Below the pieces are notes generated by a model. The model worked only from the letters and a program-made list of their open reading frames with translations. It was not told the DNA's origin and ran no database searches. Shown piece by piece: positions 1 through 11,800 of a stretch of 64,000 bases of DNA; within the stretch, counting starts at the first letter, position 1, and each line of letters begins with the position of its first letter. Source of the DNA: Phallusia mammillata (lineage: Eukaryota). The stretch is from positions 28,334,001-28,398,000 of the forward strand of contig OZ281496.1 of NCBI GenBank assembly GCA_965637545.1, in the 5' to 3' direction. The position numbers were made by a program, and so were the translations under genes.

Positions 1-46
1 GAGAGTTTTTTTTAAAGAAATAAATGAAGAGTTTGATTTTCATTAG

Positions 47-3000
47 GCAACAATCAAGCTTTGTTCGTAATCACTGATTCTAAACGGCTACACGTGTCAC
101 TTTGTCACGTGGCATACTCCACCAATAGGGTTCACCAAACTAGAGATAGAATTTGGCAAATGACAGCGGGCGACCGTGGCCCTCAACTTGCCCTTGAACG
201 TCCTTCAAGTCCGACTTGCAGTCTAGCCAAATCCCGCAAGCTGTTTTCTGGTGTAAAACAAAAGGCAGATGTCCCTGCTCTTTACTAATTCGACTTCATT
301 ATGTGCGATAAAACTGAAATATGTGCGTTGTTAAGGGGTTACACAGGCCTATTGATGCCCTTGAATTAAAATGTGGTTTACTGTTGACGCATCAAAAAGT
401 GCAGGTGTCTGGCAAAATGCCGTATAAATCGATTATCAATATGTACGACAATATTAAACTATGCAGTGCTCACGTACAGCAACACTACAATAACAAGTTG
501 GCAGCTATAATTATTCATTAAGCTATGTTCTTTGGCGTAAAATTCATTACATTTGTAATAATATATTTGTGTTATTATCGTGGTCTTTGAGTCTCTATTA
601 GGAACATAAATAGGCGGTCTACTTGGGTTTTACTGTGTCAAATTTAACACATTGTTTTCTTATTAGACAAAGAACCGAAACCGGACATGACTTCAACAGA
701 CGCAGTCGTTACCGCTTCGAAGCCTGCTCCCCGATTAACATCGAGTCTTCATCGTAATATGCAGGGTACAGATGACGTGACGCTCACAGACAGCATTGCG
801 CGAACTTGTGGCGAATACTTCAGTCTATTAAAGATCATTAACGACCACCACCAAACGGGCACAAGTAGTGCTACTGCCCGGCCACCAATGGGCGTCGTTG
901 AACATGAGCGCAGTTTAGCTGTTATCCAGCCCTCGAGGTCTCAGACGCCACGCACAGTCCGTCTCCGGGAAGCTGGCACTCAGATCGAAAAGCGTTACGT
1001 CACACCTCGTAATGACGTCACAGTGGAAAGAGAAATGTGGCCCAGCTGGTGGACACCGAACAGCAAACCGGTGCAGACTGAAAATATTGACCGTCCAAGA
1101 CCGATTACACAGAGTTATCCACCTGTTCGACAACGCCGCACTGCATATGCTGAAAACGACGATGCAGTTTCTGATCACTATGAGCAGTGCGCTACACCAA
1201 GACAACATATTCAAAGCAAAAAAGCTGTACGTAAAGTCAGTAGGACGAAAACGAAGCAAAATCATTCTCCAGGTTTGCTTAGCTTGTAATTTTTATTTCG
1301 TTTATTAAAATTCCGCGCCGCCATTTTTTAGCGTCACTACTTTTTGTCAATAATAGTAACAACAAAAAGTTTAACAGTTATCATTGAAAATAAGCTTTGT
1401 ACGATGCTTTGAAACCATACTTACTTTGTACAGATAAATCTAGTTGCTGTCCTTGCGCAAAGCCCAAGCCCAAGACAAAACCACGGCTTGTCAGACCGCC
1501 TTCCAGCTCCGAGTCTGAAACTTCTGATTCTGTCCAGTACCAGGCACCGGATCGTCATCAGAAACGCAATGGTGTATTTCTTACTCAGAGCTCAGACGAG
1601 TTCTCGTCGACATCAGGTGTTGCGCAAGAACCGACCCGCTTGAAGCACCGCGATCGCCGCGCAGACGTGCGATCTGTTACGAGGAGGATCGAATCAAGAC
1701 GAGCTAAACCTCGTAGAACTGACATACCTGCCTCTCCTGTACACAGAAGCACAGGGCATATGTATCCACAGTGCTCACATATGCACGAATGCTTGGCCCA
1801 AAGGAATAACTGTACAGCACCCTCACAGTCTTCATTCCATAATGTAAACATCAAAGCGCAGTTTCAATGTAACGCTAACCCATGCCATGGTTTAGCTCGT
1901 CCTGGCCCAATGACACCGTTAACCATGAGCCGCGCAAACGAGCACAGGCCCCAAAACGCATTTCGCCAAGCTACGCCCCTTGCTACTCCTGTTGAGTCCA
2001 ATCACATTAGGACACGTAATTCTACAAGTGGATTTTCGAGCTGCGAAATGGACGACGCTCGCCTTAGCACCAATTTACCGTCACCACTAGATGACTCTCC
2101 TGTGCCTGGTGGTTTACCTGAGCGAATGAAGTTAAAACATGAAAGTTCCATTTGCAATAAAAGTCCGGTGATTGTCGTACAGTGTGAATCACCTGCAGTA
2201 ATCCCTTTGGTGAAAGATGCTAGATCGCATAGCACTGCACATATTCAAGTTGCTACTGTTCGTGAAGCTTCTAAGGAAGATAATCAAAACATCTATAGTA
2301 ATAACAACCCTCAAGAAAATGAACCAGAAAATTGCCCGAAAGAGGCAGAGAGAAAGTTGACTCCTCCCACCGCAATTTCTGTTGAAACCAGGGATTGCAG
2401 AACACAAACTAGCCGGCACGCTTCGCCTATACTGGAAGAAAACCAAACTCAAACTTGTTCTATTGAGCGCACTGAAAGTCACAACACCAACACGACGAGC
2501 TTCATAAAACCAAAATCGGCCCGCGTCGTTCCAGCGCTTCATTCGAACCTCGACAACCCAGTCTTTCGTATTGAGTTGTGTGCGATATCCGAAGACCAAG
2601 AGATTATCGCCGAGTCTCCTCAAGCTGGTGCCAATGCTAAAGGACAAGCGGGGGTGTTTAGATTCAGGAACCCTACGCGGAATGGAAGAGCACCTAAGAA
2701 GTATCAGCTAATACATAACGATTCTGACGAAAGCAGAGCTCATCAACCGACACCCCAAGTAACACAACCTATACCACCGCCGCCTATTACAAAACAAAGC
2801 GTACAACGTTGGCAGTCAGATATGGTAGCCGACAACGTATTTAGTCGCGAGCCTTTGCCTAGTTCGGCTTGGTGCCGCAGCACACAACAGCGCAAGTTTA
2901 TACCAGCGCAGTGCATTGAGCCCGCTTTGGCAGCCGGACATACGCCCAATGTACAGCGGTTTGAGACTCCAGGCACTGGAAAATCGACAGCCCCGCCCAA

Positions 3001-5075
3001 CACCGCTTTGGTTCGTGGCGAAGAATGCTCAGATTTTCTGCAGAGCAACTCCTGTCTCAGCGGCGATTTTGCTACTAGGTGGCGTCACGGAGTGAAAAGT
3101 CGAGCCAGATCGGGTTTCACATCGACTGGACGACGATCTATACTGAAGCCAGTGTTCGAGAAGACGTACATGGGATGTGGCAGTGGCGAAGACCATGAAC
3201 ATTTTTGTGCTGATGAAAATCCAAACGCCTGCGAGGACCAGCACTTCGACTACAATGCAACGAACACCAGGTAATTCGACAAAATGAGTTTAGTGATGTT
3301 CAATATCCAAGTACGTTAATAGCAATGTTGTGCGCATAGCGTGTGTATTTTCATTTTCACAATAACACACTTTTCTCTGACTTGCTCATAATCTTTACGG
3401 ATTTTTGTCAGACCGATGACAACGGCCAACACACGGCGCCGGCCACCAACTTACACGACAGAAGAAAGTAGATATGAGGAGCCGCTGTATGACTTTACGA
3501 ATGGATCTCCACTTCAATATCAAAATCGGGAAGAGATGACACCGAATAACTCGTTTCTCTTTGAAGCAACTCGATTACCCGAACTTTATTCCGAACAAGG
3601 TGAGTGAAATTGGTTACAAGGTTTTTTTATTACACTAAAACTGTTAGAATTTGTCAATTTGATGATCTACAATACTCTTGTGAAAAATTGAAACTTGAAT
3701 CTGGAATCACCCAGTCCGCTGCTTGGTGGATGAAGACTAATTTAATAGCAAAGTTTTTGCTATACTGCAAAGACAGGGTTAAAAAAGATAAGAACGTACG
3801 CTAGAGTCTATATCCACTTATGAGTAAAGTGATAACCAGACTACTGTAGTAAAAAGATACAATTTCAAATCATTTAATGAAAAAAATACCTGTCAACTCA
3901 TGTTTTTCAGGTTCATTTTACGAGAGTAAATAATGTTTTCACGTGGCCTTACGTGCAATGCAATATTATTTTCCAGGTTGCACATTTCACCGCGATCCGA
4001 CCTTTGCAAGGACAAACTACCAAATTTCAAGGTCAAGCAAACCTGAAGTCTCAAACCCTTTACAACCCAAGTTGAAGCCTACCACACCACAAAGTGAAGT
4101 TTCTCATGAAACGGCAAAAAATGACGAAGGTGTAGCCAAGCAACAAACCTTAAAAGAAAAAGGTATAAGCAAATCAATTTAGACGCCTGCGAACTAACAG
4201 GCAAAAAATTAACATTAAAGATTATGCATTGTCACAAGTTTCAGGATCTTTATCTGCCCCACTGATTTTGTTGCTCCAACGACAGATATTTACCCGACCT
4301 ACTAAGGTTTTAATGTTTTCCATTTCATTATGTATTCTAATCAAGTTACGCTTCCATACCGTATCTATTGGCAACAAGTGTTTCGTATTTTTCACACCAA
4401 TCTGTTATGCTCAGTTTGGCAAATCAAATCTCCTCGTCGCGAACCGGTGTGGAAACGCAAGAGAGTCGACTCGTCTTCGTCATTTCGGCAACTGTACGAC
4501 ATGCAAGAGTACTCGCTAACCGCTGACCAATGCGACCCTGGACTCGGGCTGACGTCATCGTCGAGTGGGGTAATCCCCCGATTTCGTCGCGCCAGTGCGA
4601 CATCCAGCGGGGAACTTCGTTTGCAACAAGCTTTAGCTTTGGGTACATTATTGTTTACTTCTTTTGTCGTTGCCTGCGATCTAAGTAAAACTTTTAAGAA
4701 CTTTTCGTTTGGTGTAAGATAAGACAAAACATTTTTTTCCTAGTATTTTGTCACATAAACTGCCACTTCGATACTTTTAAGTTGCCTCTGACGGTAAGAA
4801 CAGTTGTCTCTGACGTAATTTTTAATTAAAAAAATACATCATTGAGCTCACCAACTCATATTTACTCAATGACCAGTTCATTATGCTATAGAAAATGAAA
4901 CTGTTTTGTCTTTTAAGCAGAACGGAGCAACCAGCAAGAATTAAAAGCCAAGATTGACAACTTTCGCGACCGCATGGCTTCATCAAAAACTTCCAACGCC
5001 CTTTCACAAGATCACGGGATGCGTGAGATTGTCACCCGCGGGAATTCAGTGGGTCGGAAGCGGCGAAAGAAATGA
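47..5075 (+). CDS. Large, mostly low-complexity protein of unknown function, 5'-incomplete. Exons 47-250 (tentative), 667-1272, 1434-3270, 3412-3599, 3977-4162, 4415-4642 (tentative), 4921-5075; about 1130 aa in the window
   Basis: ORFs 687-1289, 1397-3274, 3416-3607, 3943-4182 and 4330-4722 are bounded by AG/GT sites with matching phases (1,1,2,1,1,1). The last exon reads ERSNQQELKAKIDNFRDRM...GRKRRKK-stop. No family recognised. The donors at 251 (GTGTAA) and 4643 (GTACAT) are weak. Confidence 0.7.
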
Positions 5076-5864
5076 ACGAGGGACGAAGTAACCGGACGGC
5101 ATTGCGTGTTTTATTTTATTGCACAGAGGAGTAGTTAGAATATATCGGAAGACAAAGTACAGATGGGTAACGTATGCATGTTACGATGAAAGCGCACATA
5201 AGTTGTGGGGAAAAAAGGATGGGCGAAAAAACGGGCAGTGACGACACCAAAAGTTACACAATCGAACCAAAATGTTTCAAATTCAAGTTCAAATCTGTTT
5301 CAAGTGCGAGAAACTTGACTTTGACCATGATGTGATTCTTGAAGTTTCGGAATGACTTGCATTTTGGGCATATTGGCCAGAATTGCAACCGCTGAAAACA
5401 AGTTGGGCGAAAAGCAGAACTGATAAACGTTGAAACACAAAAATTGTTCAATAACGAAGAAATATTTCACCACAAAAATCAGCCTATTACCATAGCAAAA
5501 TGTCACTAATTCATTTCATGGCTGCAATTACTCCATAGCACCGAATCATCCAAAATATGTAAGTCTTGATTGCGGCAAAACGCTTTATGGTACGATTTTG
5601 AGTTCAAGTTGTATTACTAAAGATGGCAACTTGTTGCTTAAAACAGTACAAGATTTGTTCCGAAGATCGTAATATGGCAGCTTAAAGTGGAGAGAACAAT
5701 AAGATGGCTCCCTCTAGCGGGTTAATATATAGAGCAACGAACAAAAAATAAATAGAAACATTTGTTAAAACATTTTTTGCAATTACGCCAACCACACGAC
5801 TTCACTACAGAACGCCAGAAGTGCTGTATACGACAAGTCCTCGAAGGTTTGTGATATTTTTGCA

Positions 5865-8800
5865 TCAGGCTGGCTGGCACTTTTTGCAGTCGTCCATATC
5901 CACCGAGTAGTACTCGACCTGAATTGTAAGTGAGTGGAAGTCATAGAGCGATTTAAGACGACGCGTGGCTTGCTTCAACACGTGACTTGAATCTGTTCCT
6001 TTATCTGTAAAAAAAGAGAATAAGTTAGTTATATCTTAGCACGTCCTATTAGGAATACGTGAAACTGTAAAGAATAATACTCAGTACCACATGTTGCTGC
6101 ACACTTGTGAAAAACAGACTATTACAGATCCTAACCTCACAATCAAAGTTCTATTGCAAACACTTTAATGTTATGTTATACTCCGAAGTTTTCTGGAAAC
6201 AATTTATTCATGACGTATTGTTCACCAACATAATGATTACTTTGTGAATCCCTATACATGGGCTGCAACAGTAGTATAGTCACAAACACAACTGCCAAAG
6301 AGGTTGTGTATACAGAACACATCTTTATGCAGATGTTTAAACCATCGAAGTTGGTGTCATACGTCTTTGCTGATGATACCTTTGCTTACAAATTTTTGCT
6401 TTCATTTTAAAGTAATGTTTTACTCACCAATTGCCAGATGGGCCGACATCACGGTTTGATTAAGTGTAAGAGACCAAATTCGCAAATCGTGAACAGCCGT
6501 GACCCCTTCGATTTCCAACAATTTCTCTTTGACAACGTTGTATTCAATACCGACAGGCGAACCTGGAAATGTACAGTACACGATGTTTGTTTTGTCATGT
6601 GAAACCGCGATGTGTTTTACGATACACTGAAAGCCCTGCGGCAGGCCAAAAGATTACGCAGGTAAATGTAAAGCATCTAAACCACGTATATATCTAGGAA
6701 TTGGCCTGGAGGCAGATACGATTGTTGTACTGCAGAAAAAAAAAACGTTTGTAATTGGTCTAAAAGATGGATATATCTGCAGTGAAATAGAAATGTAACC
6801 TTGAGTTCAATTTTAGATCAGATATTGAGAGAATTTTGTTTCAGCGAATATTACATTGTGAGAAATGATTGCAACACAATGAATGTTTATGACATCAAAT
6901 ATTTCGTTCAGAGCGTTTATCTGCACACACAAATGTTTGCAAGTTTTTCGATGAAGAAAATGATGTTTAGAAGAAAAAAATTCAGTGGAGTTGCCAGTGA
7001 TTATTATTTGCATCTGTTTTCAATTTGAAGATGATACAATTTTCCTACTTTTTGTGTTTCAACCTTCAATTATCTGAATCTATGAACACAACTTCAAAGA
7101 TAGAGTCAACTGTGAGGCTAACCTTCCATAATGACGATGACTGTGTCGCGAAGAATGGTTATTGTCGTGATAAGGACGAGGATCGAAAACAGGAACGTGC
7201 AGATCGGATCTGCAATTTTGTATTCCGGCTGAAGCAAGACAAAAGATCGTTATGTTTAAGCTATAGCTCTTGAACTGCAGACTTCAAGTAATGTTGGGGC
7301 AACTTTGTACGTTTGCGATTTCAAAAATGTACCTTCTAATGAACTTTGGTTTCATACCGTAAATGCGATAAACCTTAAATTAGCACTTTTATTCCAACGT
7401 TTTCACGTCCTTTTTCCTTTTTTTCCGTCCTTAACATCGGGCTAAATAAATCCTAAAACGCGCTCAAACCAGATTCTGATGTGGGCTACACGAAGTCAAA
7501 AATATGCACAAAACACCAAGAAAGCAGGTTCATATTATGCTACAACACTCCGTGTAGACTTTTGCAATTTGTGTTATTGTCATACAGGGGCGACATCTGA
7601 AATGTCCTTTTCTTTCTAATTAGCTCGATAGCCTGCTTAATGTAGTTTTGGAATGGAGCTGATCACCAACTTGGATTTGAGCCAGACAGAAGTCATATAT
7701 CACTCAGTGATCTTACCTTGAAATAAATGATGAAAGCAGCAACGAGGACCCCAAGGGATTGAAGGAGATCGCCTATCACGTGAATGAAAGCTGCACGCAC
7801 GTTCACGTTTCCACTGCTCTGAATATCTGCGAAAGTAATGTTGATTGAGGCAAAGGACCAATTCATTTGGCCGTTATGTAAAGTCATGCCTCAAGCAATC
7901 AAGTGTCCAAAACGCTTAGATATTTTTCAGTTTGCCAGCCAATACACTGCACTTGGCTGGACGAAAGTGTGGTGCAAGTTGCCTTCTAGGACTTTCCAGT
8001 ACATATCTCTGGCCCTGGCAATTCTGTGGTCGTTGCACCATATTTTCCAAATTATAATGTATCTATCTCACAGTACGCCTGCCCCATTTAAAGCGCCATA
8101 CCGATATTGCAAAGGTAGGTAGAAAATTCTAGCCTCGGTGGGATTCGAACCCACGACAGGAGTCTTTCCTGGACTCGAATTCCACCGCAGGCTAGAATTT
8201 TCTATCCTTCGCCTTGCCATATGGTGGTGAATGCTTGCTGATTAGCTGATTCGGTATGGCGCCTTCAATGGGCCTGACGTACTGTGATTTATACATGAAT
8301 GTGTCGTGATCCCTGGTCTGCATAGACGCTTCAGGGCTGATCCCATTAATAAATTTATGTTCAAAACAACAGATTTTTCCACCCAAACTTGATCATTGAT
8401 GATATTCATTATCAGAATTGTCAAATCTGTAAACTGCGCACTGAAGTTTGTTTTCAAGGTGACTCTACTTTCCGATAAACAATAGCACGGGGCGCTCCAG
8501 TTTATTTTTACTGACACGCGACGCGATTTGATAAAGACGAAACGCGATTGCATCTGGTAGTTGGGTAAACATGCTACTTTTTCCACGGGCCAGCTTTTAA
8601 TTATTAATTAACGCTCTGTGCAACCTCTTCAACCTTCGTTGCAAACGTGTGTTGGCATAAACTGACGACGCCAATTAACTGAAACACCACAAGACTGAAC
8701 CTGGGTTCTTGTACAACGAACCCCTTCCACGCAACATTCTTTTCTCCCTTGAATTGGCAGTTTAAAGAAGTCATTTAAGTTTCGAAATTTACAGTTGAAC

Positions 8801-11800
8801 CGACTTTGGTAAAAACGACCATAGGTGCTGGTATGTAGAAACGGCCCGAAAAAGTTAATCGCCGCAATTGAAGGCCAGCTTTGTAACAACTGCTAACTCT
8901 TAGGAATACCGCTTGTATGGTTTCCAAAAAATAACTTGTGTCTCTAACAAGGCTCTTTCACTTCCGCGTTTGAGTAAAATAACAACAACACAATCTTTGC
9001 CCGACATTCCACAAGCGTTCGATGTAACACAGTTTTGCAATTCAAACATATTTACCGTCGCTGCTTGACGCTGTGCTTCCAGCTTCGTGGTCGTGATCGT
9101 GATTGTCGCCATGGGAATGCCCGTGACTGTGATTGTGTCCATGACTGTGTCCGTGAGCTTCGTGAAGCACAAGTCCCATTCTGCGTGTAAAAACAAAGCA
9201 TAACTTTATCTTTTAACCTGATAATGCTGAACAGTTTTTATACTCTGTCCTTTGAACGTAAATCAATGTACTTAAGCTTTAAAGCAGGGGTTCCCAACCT
9301 TTTTACGATCCCGTACCACTTGGACGCTCTGCACTGCAACGCGTACCACCATAGAGCACTAATGTGCTCTATGGTACCACTTCTTGCAGAACAACTAATT
9401 TGTTCGAAACATATTTCATTCAACGCTAGCTTAAGCTCCAAAACAGTAGATGATATCTATCAATGAGCAATCATTTGACATAATTAACGCCCACTGTGCC
9501 ACAGCGTTGTTCGGCTTTTTATAGCAAGTAGCAACTATGCTTTTTGTTGAGAATTGACATGACCTGTATTTTGAAGATCGTAATGATACGAAACAACAGG
9601 AATAGTTACGTAACAATGACAATAGGCCTGGGGAATGTTTTTTTGCAAACAAAACTAGATAAACAAAATATATAGTTGCAAATCGAGGTTTTTGTGAACA
9701 AAGCAGAAGCTACTCGCGTACCACCTGAAAACCCTTCGCGTACCACTAGTGGTACGCGTACCACAGGTTGGGAACCTCTGCTTTAAAGGGATAAGACTGT
9801 TGTATTTTAAGGGAAATGCAATTTTTGTGCTTAATGTTTCTAAATTGCTTGAAATGATTGCTTAAGATAATAGTTTGAGGAGTTTAAATTGTTTAAGATG
9901 ATGGTGTGGAACACATCACTTTATCAGTCAGTCTTTTGGTGCTTTGTAGTTAAATGAAGATGTTTCAGGCGTCCCTCAAGAACGTTGGCTGCTCGTTTGG
10001 GGTGTGTGAGCAAAACATATGTATCGGTCTCAACCACAACATTTGCAGTCCGGCAGCAACACGTGACTCGCAACAGGTTTCAGATCGATTGTAGTATCGC
10101 ATTAGGATTTGGTTTTGTTCAAACGACTCGCTTAGATTTCGAATTGCGTTTAAAGCCCCAGTTATCTGCTAGATCTATTCCATGCAATAGTTTGGTCCAC
10201 GAATTATCGACAAAATTACCCATTGAAAAAGGTGCGAGAAATGTCAGGTTAAAAGTTTCTAAAATCCAAGTCCTTAAACTTTCAGGCTATCCAGTGAATT
10301 TTTTACACAGGCTGTCACAAACATAATCATTAAACTGATTTACGTTAAACTTACACAATATTGAAGCCGACAGCACACGATGCAGTAATGAGCATAGTCT
10401 CTCCGTTCACCGTATATTTTTTTGTAATAAGTCGCATCACGGCAAGATATACCAGTACCGCAGTTACCACCCAGATTGCTAGAACGCTGATCAGTGCTCC
10501 AATGACCTCTGTATGCAAATTTGTGATAAATATATCAATTCTTACAGGATTTGCTCTTATATGTTCGTTTCCTTAATTGAGGTTTTGTGGTGTGGCTAAG
10601 CCAAATACTAGGCCTTACACGCATAACAGATGAGGGATTTTTGATCAGCCTTGTACGTAATTAATGTGGTATTGTTTAAAAGGACCCATATTGTCAAATC
10701 AGATAACACCTACAGTATCGTAAACATGTTTGTTAGTTATAAAGGTTATGAAAATTGACAACTTTTTTGGGTAAATCACCAAATTAAGATACACTAGTAG
10801 TCAAAATTCGTTACTGTTTGGTGGCATTTGAATGGCTTTCTTGTTAAATAGAACGAATAAGAACTAACACACGCCGAAAATTAACCTTTTATTTTAAAGA
10901 AATGCAATATCTTGCGTTAACGTTGCATTAACTCGACTGCAGTGTAATTCAAATGCTGTGTTATGATCAATGAGTCCCGTTTTTCTGTACAAAATGCAAA
11001 TATATTTCGAGCCATTGTTACCTGCTCGATGCCATCCAAATGTCATCTTTTTCGAAATCGGCCTTGCTGCCATCTTCAGCGCGATGATACTGATAAGAAA
11101 ACTACTGACATCTGTTAGCAAATGACTTGCGTCTGTCATGATGGCAAGGCTGTTTGCGAGGTATCCACCTGAAAAAAAGTGTTTAAGTTTTAAAATACGT
11201 TTTGCGATGTCCATGTGCTTGCTATTTTGTTTGCCAATGATGATTTCACGAGTTCACGCGAGTACATGGGGGCATTTTACGCTTGAAGTAAAGATTACTT
11301 AATTATAAGGCGTGGCTGGTACTTGTTTTTCAAACCAAACTTGGGCTGACTGATTTAAAGTACTATAAACTTTAAAAACAGTGCAACAAACAAGGGCGTC
11401 AACTTTTCTATTGTTTCGGCTGGGTCCGTGGTGCGGGACGTAATTCGAAAACCAGAAACACAGAAGTTACGAAATCTCGTGAATGATTCATATTGTTGTT
11501 TTTGTAATATTTCGTCAACTTCTGTTCCGTTTCAACTATTGACCTTTGCCACCAGAAGGGCCATGCATGTTTAAACGCCACAATACGTGACTTTTTACAT
11601 GTTAAAGCAGAACAAATACTTTAGCTTTGCATAGTAATTCTTGCGGGTATCCAATCGATAGCGAACTTACGGACCGATAATGAACTGTGAAGATAATGCA
11701 CTAGTAATCTTTAAATATCGCAGAAACTCTCTCATGAATATTTGACGACTTTCATCGGCCTAAGATAAATATCACTGGTCAAGTTAAGCACGTTTTCATC

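Noticed and set aside
4392-4727. Minus-strand 111-aa ORF as a possible ZnT terminal exon
   Set aside because: The ZnT ORF ends normally at 5865; this ORF is the antisense shadow of a probable + strand exon.
8130-8160. Possible tRNA gene (GGTTCGAATCC on the minus strand)
   Set aside because: Only the T-arm is present; there is no D-arm, anticodon arm or acceptor stem, and it sits inside an inverted repeat.
9431-9652. ORF sharing HSPGLLSL with the end of ORF 687-1289
   Set aside because: One copy spans an exon-intron border and the other lies inside a MITE; the codons differ and there is no flanking similarity, so it is a coincidence.
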